This document shows positions 55,443-64,000 of a DNA stretch of 64,000 nt, piece after piece. The translations under genes and the position numbers were made by a program. The stretch is from contig CAWHIJ010000003.1 of NCBI GenBank assembly GCA_963829525.1, positions 2,624,001 to 2,688,000 of the forward strand, given 5' to 3'. Below the pieces are notes generated by a model. The model searched no databases and was not told where the DNA came from. It saw nothing but the letters and a program-made list of their open reading frames with translations. Source of the stretch: an uncultured Actinomycetota bacterium. GTDB taxonomy: Bacteria; Actinomycetota; Actinomycetes; JAHEKZ01. Positions within the stretch are counted from its first letter, which is position 1. Each line of letters begins with the position of its first letter.

Positions 55443-56965
55443 GAGCCAGTGCCTTCCGGTTCGTCGCGACCGTCGCCTGTTCCCTGTGAGGCATTCTCTC
55501 CTGCTACCGGCGCCGTGTCATCGGTGGGCTGCCCGCGATCGGACTGCTGAGCCCGTTCTGCGGCCCTGGCCGAATCTGAACCTCGGCGCTTGCGCAGCAC
55601 CCAGTCTCGGATCGTGCGCTGCCGAGCTCTCCCCACCCCCATCGCGCCTGCAGGAATATCATCGGTGATGACCGAGCCTGCTGCGGTGTACGCACCGTCG
55701 CCGATGGTCACCGGGGCCACGAGCATCGTGTCGCTGCCGATCCGCACGTGGTCACCGATCACGGTGCGATGCTTGGTTATCCCGTCGTAGTTCACAAACA
55801 CGCTGGCCGCCCCGATGTTTGAGCCGACGCCGATTTCTGCGTCTCCTACATAAGACAGGTGAGGGATCTTCGAGCCCTCACCCACCTTGGCATTCTTGGC
55901 CTCGACGAAAGCACCAACCCGTGCGCCGGGGCCGAGATCGGTGCCCGGTCGCAGGTACGTGTAAGGACCAACGCTGGCATCGGGTCCGATGACTGCACCG
56001 TCAGCCGTGGCGAATCGCACTGTCGCATTGCGCCCAACGGTCGAGTCGATGATCTGCGACCCAGGCCCGACCTCGGCACCAGCTGCGACAGTGGTTGAGC
56101 CCCCGAGGACTGTCCAGGGATGGATGACAGAGTCGGCATCAAGTCGGACGTCAACCCCGATCATGGTCGTCGCCGGATCGACGATGCTGACTCCCGCGCG
56201 CATCCAGCCCTCGTTGATGCGGTTGCGCATCACCGCACCAACCTCGGCCAGCTGCACGCGGTCGTTGACCCCGATGACCTCACGTGGATCGTTGACTGCG
56301 ACACCCTGCACTCTGACCTCATCCGTGACCAGGATGCCGACCACATCGGTCAGGTACTCCTCGCCCTGGCTGTTGTCCGTGGAAAGGCGGTCGAGCGCGG
56401 ATCGAAGCGAGGCCGCGTCGAACACGTAGATACCAGAGTTCACCTCGCCCAGCGCCAGTGTCGCGCCATCTGCGTCCCGGTGCTCGATGATGGCGACGAC
56501 CTCGCCATCATCGTCACGCACGATTCGGCCGTATCCTGTCGGATCCTCTAGATGCGCCGTCAACACTGTGGCCGACGCTGCGCGCCCCTCGTGCTCAGCG
56601 ACCACCCGGTGCAAGGTGTAGGAGGTGAGCAGTGGTGTGTCTGCACAGACAACGATGACCGCACCCGAAACGTCCGAAAGCTGATCGAGGGCAACTCGGA
56701 CCGCGTGACCGGTGCCGTTCTGATCGGCTTGCACAACCGCGCGCGCTGACGGAGCGATCTCGGCCAGATGGGCGGTTACCGCATCTTTTTGGTGTCCGAC
56801 GACGACAACGGTGTTCTCCGCGCCGAGGGGTTCCACTGCGGCGAGGACGTGCCCGAGCAGGCTGCGTCCCAGGAACGCGTGGAGCACCTTCGGGGTGGTC
56901 GACTTCATCCGGGTGCCCTCACCTGCAGCGAGGACGATCACGGCGGCCGGGCGGCTCAGAGTCAC
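55439..56965 (-). CDS. glmU: Bifunctional UDP-GlcNAc diphosphorylase/glucosamine-1-P acetyltransferase
   Basis: LAAGEGTRMKS..PKVLH, GYGRI, YLTD, hexapeptide repeats; GTG 56965 with SD AGGAG. Confidence 0.97.
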   Translation of the reverse strand: MTLSRPAAVIVLAAGEGTRMKSTTPKVLHAFLGRSLLGHVLAAVEPLGAENTVVVVGHQKDAVTAHLAEIAPSARAVVQADQNGTGHAVRVALDQLSDVSGAVIVVCADTPLLTSYTLHRVVAEHEGRAASATVLTAHLEDPTGYGRIVRDDDGEVVAIIEHRDADGATLALGEVNSGIYVFDAASLRSALDRLSTDNSQGEEYLTDVVGILVTDEVRVQGVAVNDPREVIGVNDRVQLAEVGAVMRNRINEGWMRAGVSIVDPATTMIGVDVRLDADSVIHPWTVLGGSTTVAAGAEVGPGSQIIDSTVGRNATVRFATADGAVIGPDASVGPYTYLRPGTDLGPGARVGAFVEAKNAKVGEGSKIPHLSYVGDAEIGVGSNIGAASVFVNYDGITKHRTVIGDHVRIGSDTMLVAPVTIGDGAYTAAGSVITDDIPAGAMGVGRARQRTIRDWVLRKRRGSDSARAAERAQQSDRGQPTDDTAPVAGENASQGTGDGRDEPEGTGS

Positions 56966-57063
56966 GGTGGCTGGCTCCTGGCGGGGGACGGTGGCTCGGG
57001 CAGTAGAGCCGAGCGCAGGATACCGAGCAGTCGGCCATGGCGTGGCCCCACTGTTGATCAGAG

Positions 57064-57134
57064 CTCCCGGGGGAGGATTCGAACCCCCATTCACGGGACC
57101 AAAACCCGTTGTCCTGCCTTTAGACGACCCGGGA
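57064..57134 (-). tRNA. tRNA-Gln(TTG), CCA not encoded
   Basis: TCCCGGG/CCCGGGA acceptor stem, ACGGG-TT TTG GT-CCCGT anticodon arm, GGGGG-TTCGAAT-CCTCC T arm; usual position upstream of glmU. Confidence 0.95.
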
Positions 57135-57192
57135 ACGGAGTCGGACGCAAGAGTAGCCAGCCCTCGTTGCCGTCCGCACAGCGCCCGGTGGA

Positions 57193-57229
57193 CAAGTTAC
57201 GGAACCGTAGGTTACGGTGGCGTAACTTG
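57193..57229. promoter_or_regulatory. Compound palindromic operator upstream of the desaturase
   Basis: CAAGTTACG-GAAC-CGTAGGTTACG-GTGG-CGTAACTTG: perfect outer 9-bp IR and two TTACG-N4-CGTA units. Confidence 0.75.
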
Positions 57230-57242
57230 AAAGGGAGAACCT

Positions 57243-58190
57243 GTGACAGCTGAGCTCGCCGACCTGCACAATCCACCGACCGACCCTTCAGCGGTCGATG
57301 CACCCGACCGCCAAAACGCCGTTCACCTGTTCTGGCTCTACTACTTCATCATCGTGCCGCTCTTGGCCGTGGTGCTGGCCATCCCCCTGGCGTGGGGCGG
57401 ATTCGTTGGGCCGGTCGACATCGCTCTTCTGGTTGTCTTCTACTCGATCAGCGCCGCTGGCATCACCGTTGGTTTCCACCGCTACTTCACCCATGGCGCC
57501 TTCAAGGCCAAACCATGGGTACGCGTCATGATGGCCCTTGCCGGCAGCCTGGCCATCGAAGGTCCGCTCGACCGCTGGGTCGCCGACCATCGCAAACACC
57601 ACGCATTCAGCGACAAAGAGGGCGACCCGCACTCACCCTGGCGGTTCGGCGAGTCACTCCCCGCATTGCTCAAGGGTCTCTTCTTCGCACACATGGGTTG
57701 GTTCTTCGACGTCGAACAGACCTCGCGACGCAAGTACGCACCCGACCTGATGGATGACCCGGCGATGCGTCGGGTGTCGAACAACTTCGGGTGGATCGTG
57801 CTCGCCTCAGTCTTTCTGCCGGCAATGCTGGGCGCACTCCTCACCTGGTCATGGTGGGGTTTTCTCACTGGGCTCTTCTGGGGCGGATTTGTGCGCATCG
57901 CGTTGGTGCACCACATCACGTGGTCGATCAACTCGATCTGTCACGTCATGGGTAACCAACCGTTCAAGTCGCGCGATCACTCGGGCAACGTCTGGTGGCT
58001 GGCCATCCCGTCCTTCGGTGAGAGCTGGCACAACCTGCACCATGCCGACCCGACCTGCGCCAGGCACGGCGTCGAGAAGGGCCAGATCGACATCAGCGCC
58101 CGCCTCATCGCGTGGATGGAACGGGCCGGCTGGGTGTGGGATGTGCGGTGGCCCAAGGCCGAACGGCTCGATGCCCGCCGGACCTCATGA
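57243..58190 (+). CDS. Membrane acyl-CoA (delta-9) desaturase
   Basis: His boxes HRYFTH, HRKHH, HNLHH. Confidence 0.93.
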   Translation: MTAELADLHNPPTDPSAVDAPDRQNAVHLFWLYYFIIVPLLAVVLAIPLAWGGFVGPVDIALLVVFYSISAAGITVGFHRYFTHGAFKAKPWVRVMMALAGSLAIEGPLDRWVADHRKHHAFSDKEGDPHSPWRFGESLPALLKGLFFAHMGWFFDVEQTSRRKYAPDLMDDPAMRRVSNNFGWIVLASVFLPAMLGALLTWSWWGFLTGLFWGGFVRIALVHHITWSINSICHVMGNQPFKSRDHSGNVWWLAIPSFGESWHNLHHADPTCARHGVEKGQIDISARLIAWMERAGWVWDVRWPKAERLDARRTS

Positions 58191-58819
58191 GCGATCAACC
58201 CCAGGAGCGGCGACGCTCCCGGATGACCAGTGCTGCTCGTCGTGAGCAGCTGCTCCAAGTCGGTCGCTCCTCGTTCGCCGAGCGAGGGTTCGAGGCGACA
58301 TCTGTCGAGGAGATCGCCGCCAAGGCCGGCGTCTCCAAGCCCGTCGTCTACGAGCATTTTGGCGGCAAGGAAGGCCTCTACGCCGTCATCGTCGACCGGG
58401 AGATGCAAAAACTCCTCGAGATGGTTGACAGCGCGCTGACTGAGGACCATCCGCGGCGATTGCTGGAGCAAGCCGCTCTGGCCCTGCTCACCTACATCGA
58501 GCAGGACACAGACGGCTTCCGCATCCTCGTGCGTGACTCACCGGTTGCACAGTCGACGGGGACCTTCGCCAGCCTGATCGTCGATATCGCCGGACAGGTT
58601 GAACACTTGGTCGCCGGCGAGTTCAAGACACGTGGCCTGGACGCGAAGTTCGCCCCGATGTACTCCCAGATGCTGGTGGGAATGGTTGCCCTGACCGGCC
58701 AGTGGTGGGTCGACGTGCGCAAGCCGAAGAAGGCGGACGTCGCCGCACATCTCGTCAACCTCGCCTGGAACGGGTTGAGGGGGCTTGAGGCCAAACCGAA
58801 GCTCTCCGCCGATGGCTGA
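58187..58819 (+). CDS. TetR/AcrR family transcriptional regulator
   Basis: SVEEIAAKAGVSKPVVYEHFGGKEGL; ATGA overlap with the desaturase. Confidence 0.93.
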   Translation: MSDQPQERRRSRMTSAARREQLLQVGRSSFAERGFEATSVEEIAAKAGVSKPVVYEHFGGKEGLYAVIVDREMQKLLEMVDSALTEDHPRRLLEQAALALLTYIEQDTDGFRILVRDSPVAQSTGTFASLIVDIAGQVEHLVAGEFKTRGLDAKFAPMYSQMLVGMVALTGQWWVDVRKPKKADVAAHLVNLAWNGLRGLEAKPKLSADG

Positions 58820-58885
58820 CGGTTCTCTCCGCATGCCGGATGTCGCTCCTCCCTGCGCCACCGGCCACGCACTAGCGTGCTTGCC

Positions 58886-59452
58886 ATGAGCGATCAGACA
58901 CCGCCGGATCCGTACGCCGTTCCGCCAGCCGGAGGCTACCCACCACCGCCCGTGGCCGGTCCTGTCCCTCCTGTTGCTCCACCGGCGGTTCCCGGCCCGG
59001 CGACACCCCCAGGCGGCTACCCGCCGCCTCCTCCGGCGGGATACCCAGCACCTACCTATCCCGCTGCCGGCTATCCGGGGGGCCAGGCCCCAAAACCGGG
59101 AGCCGGCGCCCTCTCCATCGTTGCGCTGGTCATCGCCATCGTTGCGCTCATCTTCTGCTGGTTCCCCTTCATCGGCGGTGGCGCGGCGCTCATTGGGCTC
59201 ATCCTCGGAATCGTCGCCTGGGTGTCGGCCAAGGGGGCCGGACGCCCCGCTGGTCTGGCGATCGCGGCGACAATGATCAGCATCCTCGCGCTCATCATCG
59301 GAGTCGTCATCAGCATCGCCGTCATCGCATTGATCGACGAGGCTCAGAAGGCTGACAAGTACTGCAACTCGGTCAGTGCCAACCAGGCCGAGTACGACCA
59401 GTGCATGGAAGACCGCGTAACCAGCTGGCTAAGAATCAACACCACGCGATGA
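58886..59452 (+). CDS. Pro-rich membrane protein (DUF4190-like)
   Basis: Pro/Tyr-rich N-terminus, hydrophobic helices, C-terminal Cys pair. Confidence 0.7.
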   Translation: MSDQTPPDPYAVPPAGGYPPPPVAGPVPPVAPPAVPGPATPPGGYPPPPPAGYPAPTYPAAGYPGGQAPKPGAGALSIVALVIAIVALIFCWFPFIGGGAALIGLILGIVAWVSAKGAGRPAGLAIAATMISILALIIGVVISIAVIALIDEAQKADKYCNSVSANQAEYDQCMEDRVTSWLRINTTR

Positions 59453-59976
59453 CCCAAGGGGAGACCGCAGCTTCGGGCCGCGATGAGGTCGACGACCTCG
59501 TTGCGGCATGGCGCCGCGAACGCCCCGACCTCGACGTCGCACCCCTTGAGGTGCTCAGCCGCGTCACCCGTCTCGCACGACACCTCGACCGTGCTCGTGG
59601 TCAGGCGTTCAGCCGCCATGGGCTGGAGGGCTGGGAGTTCGACGTCCTCGCCGCGCTCCGTCGATCTGGTGAGCCTTACCGGCTGCCGCCCGGACGGCTC
59701 CTCCAGCAGACTCTGGTCACCTCGGGGACAATGACCAACCGGATAGACCGGCTCGCTGCCCGCGGACTTGTCGAGCGACACCCCTCCCTGGACGACCGGC
59801 GAAGCGTCATGGTCCAGCTCACTGAGGCCGGCGCAAACAAGGTGGACGCAGCCTTGATCGATCTCCTCGCCCATGAGCGCACCATTTTGTCCGAGCTCGA
59901 GCCTTCGGACGCCCACCTGCTCGCCAACCTGCTGCGCCGCGTCCTGACCCCGTTCGACCACCCCGGTACCACCTGA
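59449..59976 (+). CDS. MarR family regulator (TamR/UrtR-like)
   Basis: DEVD...AWRRERPDLD, EFDVL.ALRR.G.PY, SGTMTNRIDRL, DRR. Confidence 0.9.
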   Translation: MTQGETAASGRDEVDDLVAAWRRERPDLDVAPLEVLSRVTRLARHLDRARGQAFSRHGLEGWEFDVLAALRRSGEPYRLPPGRLLQQTLVTSGTMTNRIDRLAARGLVERHPSLDDRRSVMVQLTEAGANKVDAALIDLLAHERTILSELEPSDAHLLANLLRRVLTPFDHPGTT

Positions 59977-59985
59977 CGGGTCCGA

Positions 59986-60693
59986 TCAGTCGGCCGCCAC
60001 GTAGCGGCCGTTGCGGAGCACCGGAACGACATCGTCGGCGTTGACCTCTTCGGCGAGGCGCACATCGTCGACAAACCCTCGCGCGACGAGATCCCGGCCC
60101 GAGGGAACCTCAGCAAAGGATGCCCGGGAACGGAACGCGGCAGCTGCAGCCAGCACCTCAGGGGTCATGCCGGACTCGCCTGCGAGGTCGGCCATACCCG
60201 CTGCGATAGCACCAGCACCCACGAGATCCTCGTAGCAGACTCGCATTGCTCCGTCCGGCCACTCTTCGCCGGCCGGGACGAGTCCAATGGTGGTGAACCT
60301 CCCCGTCAACCACCGTGCCACGGCTGACGCATTGCGTAGCGACCCAGCAACGACGGTCAGGCCGGACATGAGTGCAGCATGGGAAATCACCGACCCATTG
60401 TCGGACGGCATGATCAGTCGTTCGCCGTCTTCGACGGCGAGCAGACTCGCCGGCGACATCGTGCGTCCCTCACGCATGTTTCGACCGCGCACCAGCGTGG
60501 CACCGATCGCACGAGCCAACCCTTCGGCACGCTCATGGCCGCTGTGTGGCCAGACCGCTGCACCTCGCGCTACGGCAACAGCCACCGAGGTCGAGAACGA
60601 GAAGACATCGACAAGCACCACACATTCGCAGTTCTCAGACAGCATCCGCAGACCCTGAGGGCCCCATTCCAAGGAGACCGTCGTCGTGCTCAC
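59986..60693 (-). CDS. 2-phosphosulfolactate phosphatase (ComB) family protein
   Basis: VLVDVFSFSTS, SDNGS, GSLRNA, EDLVGAG; GTGA overlap with ispE. Confidence 0.82.
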   Translation of the reverse strand: MSTTTVSLEWGPQGLRMLSENCECVVLVDVFSFSTSVAVAVARGAAVWPHSGHERAEGLARAIGATLVRGRNMREGRTMSPASLLAVEDGERLIMPSDNGSVISHAALMSGLTVVAGSLRNASAVARWLTGRFTTIGLVPAGEEWPDGAMRVCYEDLVGAGAIAAGMADLAGESGMTPEVLAAAAAFRSRASFAEVPSGRDLVARGFVDDVRLAEEVNADDVVPVLRNGRYVAAD

Positions 60694-61592
60694 TTGTCCA
60701 CGACCCGCGCCCCACCAACGGGGCCGACGGCCGACGTCACGGTACGACACGTCCCAGATGCTGTAAGGGCGACAGCAAGATCGAGGCCGTGCTCCTCATC
60801 GCGCGCGAGAAAGGCACAAGTGGGACCGGACCCAGAAACGAGGGCGCCGAGGGCCCCGTACTCATCCCCCACGTCCAGGGTCATTGCCAGGCCGGGTCGC
60901 AGCGACACTGCAGCACGCTGCAAGTCGTTGGAGAGCGCCGCTCCCAGGGCCACGGCGTCTCCTGCTCGCAGAGCGCTCATCAAAGCGTCGGAGACCCGGG
61001 GTTCAGACAGAACCGACGCGGTCCTGAGCCGGTCCAGCTCGGTGTAGACCTCAGGCGTCGACAACCCGGTCTCGGCGAAGGCAAGAACCCAGTGGAAGTG
61101 TCCGCGAGCCAGAACCGGTGTCAGCTTCTCGCCACACCCCAAGCCCAGGGCGGTGTGCCCAACGAGCGCGAACGGCACATCGCTGCCAACACTGGCAGCC
61201 AGCTCAACAAGCTCGTCCCGATCGAGTCGGGCATCCCAGAGCCGGTCCAGGGCCAGCAGCGCACCGGCCGCGTCTGCGCTACCACCAGCCAATCCGGCAG
61301 CCACCGGGATCGATTTGTGGACGTGCAGGTGAGCGTGCGGCTCAATCCCCAGTCGGTCGGCGAGCGCGCGCGCAGCAACCACTGCCAGGTTTGAGTCGTC
61401 AGTCGGCACGGCTTCGGCGCCCTCACCTTCGACGCTCACGGTCAGGTGGTCACCCGGCAGTGCCGTGACGTCGTCAAAGAGCGAGACTGCGTGGTAGACG
61501 GTAGCCAGATCGTGGAACCCATCAGCGCGCTCGGATCCGACAACGAGCTGCAGGTTCACCTTCGCGGGCACCCGCACCGTTACCGGACTCAC
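60690..61592 (-). CDS. ispE: 4-diphosphocytidyl-2-C-methyl-D-erythritol kinase
   Basis: PAKVNL, IPVAAGLAGGSADAA, GSDVPF, VSGSGPT. Confidence 0.96.
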   Translation of the reverse strand: MSPVTVRVPAKVNLQLVVGSERADGFHDLATVYHAVSLFDDVTALPGDHLTVSVEGEGAEAVPTDDSNLAVVAARALADRLGIEPHAHLHVHKSIPVAAGLAGGSADAAGALLALDRLWDARLDRDELVELAASVGSDVPFALVGHTALGLGCGEKLTPVLARGHFHWVLAFAETGLSTPEVYTELDRLRTASVLSEPRVSDALMSALRAGDAVALGAALSNDLQRAAVSLRPGLAMTLDVGDEYGALGALVSGSGPTCAFLARDEEHGLDLAVALTASGTCRTVTSAVGPVGGARVVDK

Positions 61593-61657
61593 TCGTCACA
61601 TCCTCTCTTCCGCAAGGCCGTGGCACCGAACGAACCTGGCCAGTCTGTCAGCAACGG

Positions 61658-62527
61658 TCACCCACCCGCATCGCGACGATGCTCCGCGATGGCTGCAAAG
61701 GCCGCGACGTCGAGAACTTCGCCACGCAGTGAGGGGTCGACACCTGCTGCACGCAGCGTTGCATCGGCAGCTTCAACACCTCCGGCCCAACGCGCTAGTG
61801 CCGAACGCAGACTCTTGCGCCGCTGAGCGAATGCAGCATCGATACAGGCAAAGACGTCCTCCCGCGACGCGGTGGTCTCCGGAGCCGGATGCCTCAGAAA
61901 GCCGACCAGCCCAGAGTCGACATTGGGGACTGGCCAGAAGACCGAGCGCGGGACGCGCCCCTGCTGGGTCACGTCGGCATACCAGGCGGCCTTGACGCTG
62001 GGGACCCCATACGTCCGACTACCCGGTGGTGCGGCCAGCCGCTCAGCAACCTCCCACTGCACCATGACCAGACCATGGTCGAGGGAGGGGAACTGCGCCA
62101 ACAGGTGGAGGATGACCGGCACCGACACGTTGTACGGGAGGTTGGCGACAAAGGCGTCCGGCGCCGCTGGTAGCTCCGTCAGCTGCATCGCGTCGACAGT
62201 TACGACGGTCAGACGGTTCGCAGCTCCTGGCATGTGGGTGCCGACGGTCACGGGCAGAGCGGCCGCCAGGGATGGGTCGATCTCGACAGCTAGCACTCGA
62301 GCACCGGTCTGGAGAAGCCCGAGGGTGAGTGATCCCAGGCCAGGGCCGACTTCCAACACCACCGCGGTGTCGCCGACACCGGCAAGACGGACGATTCGCC
62401 GCACGGTGTTGGCGTCCACCACGAAGTTCTGGCCCCAACGTTTTGCCGGACGCACGTCGAGCGCTTCGGCAAGTTGCCGGACTGCCCCAGCGCCGAGGAG
62501 CTGCGTGTCGGCACGTCGCTTCGTCAC
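61658..62527 (-). CDS. rsmA: 16S rRNA adenine dimethyltransferase
   Basis: [29 protein letters not shown]. Confidence 0.96.
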   Translation of the reverse strand: MTKRRADTQLLGAGAVRQLAEALDVRPAKRWGQNFVVDANTVRRIVRLAGVGDTAVVLEVGPGLGSLTLGLLQTGARVLAVEIDPSLAAALPVTVGTHMPGAANRLTVVTVDAMQLTELPAAPDAFVANLPYNVSVPVILHLLAQFPSLDHGLVMVQWEVAERLAAPPGSRTYGVPSVKAAWYADVTQQGRVPRSVFWPVPNVDSGLVGFLRHPAPETTASREDVFACIDAAFAQRRKSLRSALARWAGGVEAADATLRAAGVDPSLRGEVLDVAAFAAIAEHRRDAGG

Positions 62528-62543
62528 GCCATCCAGTGTGCCC

Positions 62544-63662
62544 TCAACTGAAGAGCAGTGGACCACAGACCGGCCACTGACCGGCACCTGATCGCTCGTA
62601 GAGAACCTGGGCACGGTAGGTCTGCTCATCTGGCGTGGCATCGATCGGGTTCCCCGATCCGCCAACGGTTGCCCACGTCGAGAGTGAGAACTGGTAGAGC
62701 CCGTAGTAGCCGGCAGAGTTGACCGCCCGCGGATTGCCCCCGGACTCGCAGGCGGCCAACGCACCCCAGTTCAGCCCCTCCGCCCCAGTCGCTGGCGCGG
62801 CGAAGGGCCGAACCTTGGTGCCGTATAGCACTATCTCGCGGACCGGCTGACGGATCACTCTGCGGTCCAGCTGACGCTGTCGGACGGTTACTCCGTCATG
62901 CCGGACGACACGAAGAAGCACGACCCCTCGTCCATCGCGCCCCCGTTGAATGATCTTCTGCACGCCTTCGTAGCGCGAAGGATCGGCTCGGCGCACGACG
63001 GCATGGTCGATGGTGAAGGCTCGCCGTGTCGTTCGGGCGTCAACCCGCGTGACGACGATCTGCATCCCGGTTTGGACCTCTCGTCCGAGACCGACATTCA
63101 CCAGGTCGTCAGGGCCGAGTCTGACACCGGCTTCGCGGAGGAGACCAGCCACTGACCGCGCAGTCGTCACCACTGTTGTGCGCCGTTGGTCGTGCAGAAC
63201 GGTCACCTGGTCGGGGAGCTGGACTCCGATCCTCCCGCCGGTGAGGGGCAGACGCTCACTTCGCGACGCCGAGAACTCCGCGTCAGCCATCCGTACCCCG
63301 AACTGGTCCAGAGCGCCGTCCACAGTGAGCTCGGTCGTCCAGATCTGGGTTGGCTGGCCGTCAATGACGACCTGCAGCTGCCGCGCATGTCGCACCGTGA
63401 CTGTCGAGACCGTGTCAAGTGAGGCCGCCGGATCCGGCTCGACGAGGTCGCGGTCGGTGACCACGACGCCCTGATCGTCCAGGAGCTCGGCGACCGTGTC
63501 GGCATGCGTTTCCACGACCGACGATTGGCCGTCGACGCTCAGCTCCACGCGGCTGTCGCTGTGGGCGAATCCGGAGACGCCGAGCAGGAGGGCCACCGCT
63601 AGGGCACCCTCGAGAACGACCTTCAGCCGACGAGACACCCGATCGACGCTAGCGGTGACCAC
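62544..63662 (-). CDS. rpfB: Resuscitation-promoting factor RpfB-like (DUF348 repeats, G5, transglycosylase)
   Basis: [23 protein letters not shown]; tatD-rpfB-rsmA-ispE synteny. Confidence 0.92.
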   Translation of the reverse strand: MVTASVDRVSRRLKVVLEGALAVALLLGVSGFAHSDSRVELSVDGQSSVVETHADTVAELLDDQGVVVTDRDLVEPDPAASLDTVSTVTVRHARQLQVVIDGQPTQIWTTELTVDGALDQFGVRMADAEFSASRSERLPLTGGRIGVQLPDQVTVLHDQRRTTVVTTARSVAGLLREAGVRLGPDDLVNVGLGREVQTGMQIVVTRVDARTTRRAFTIDHAVVRRADPSRYEGVQKIIQRGRDGRGVVLLRVVRHDGVTVRQRQLDRRVIRQPVREIVLYGTKVRPFAAPATGAEGLNWGALAACESGGNPRAVNSAGYYGLYQFSLSTWATVGGSGNPIDATPDEQTYRAQVLYERSGAGQWPVCGPLLFS

Positions 63663-63782
63663 CCCTAAAGAGCCAACCGTCGTCCCCAGGCCCTTGCTCC
63701 GACCGGGTCAATCTCCCGCCAAAAGGGTGAATGTCAGGTTGAGGCTCAGCCAAAAGGAGGCTCGACAAGCGCGTTGGTCCTG

Positions 63783-64000
63783 TCACCACGTCCCGAAGAC
63801 ACGATCGGTGTTGGCGGCGATGGCGCCGCCCAGCTCGTCGACGCCGACTCCCCTCACCTGCGCCATGGCCCGCAGCGTCACTGGGATCAGGTAAGACGCG
63901 TTGGGGCGTCCGCGGTAGGGCAAGGGCGCCAGGAACGGTGCATCGGTCTCGACGAGCAACAGGTCGACCGGTGCAAGGGCCAGAGCCTGGCGAAGGTGGT
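63783..64000 (-). CDS. tatD: TatD family DNase, 3' part only
   Basis: Manual translation ...LLVETDAPFLAPLPYRGRPNASYLIP...RVFGTW*. Confidence 0.9.
   Translation of the reverse strand, partial: HLRQALALAPVDLLLVETDAPFLAPLPYRGRPNASYLIPVTLRAMAQVRGVGVDELGGAIAANTDRVFGTW

Noticed and set aside
57064-57134. tRNA-Gln as an integration site for an island
   Set aside because: No integrase or duplicated tRNA 3' end was seen, and the flanks are the usual glmU and desaturase/TetR genes.
63663-63782. c-di-AMP (ydaO) riboswitch upstream of the rpf gene
   Set aside because: The gap is only ~120 nt and I could not find the consensus elements.

Overview
GC-rich actinobacterial (Actinomycetia-like) chromosomal window, mostly housekeeping. 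Left block: three tandem GAF-domain paralogues (two complete GAF-GGDEF diguanylate cyclases plus the 5' end of a third), pccB-pccE-maf-accA, lpdA, methylmalonyl-CoA mutase, mprAB-pepD, an accessory amine/acyl-CoA catabolic cluster, a DUF222/HNH gene, sdhCDAB, dac and trpS. Right block (minus strand): tatD-rpfB-rsmA-ispE, tRNA-Gln-glmU-prs-rplY-pth-mfd-mazG-eno-divIC-DUF501-ppx. I saw no CRISPR array, rRNA, prophage or transposase. Main observations: (1) each of the three paralogues, and an unrelated hypothetical gene at 15966, is preceded by a sigma28/WhiG-type promoter motif (TCA[AG]-N15-17-[GC]CCGA[AT]), suggesting a c-di-GMP/WhiG-family regulon. (2) pth has no canonical start codon upstream of its conserved N-terminal motif, and the middle cyclase appears to start at ATC. 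(3) A 59-aa ORF absent from the ORF track lies head-to-head with mprA. (4) Three adjacent genes each carry a +1 frameshift with the same NNC-G signature, probably a consensus artefact. (5) aroA is class II-type. All calls come from reading motifs by eye; no database searches were run.
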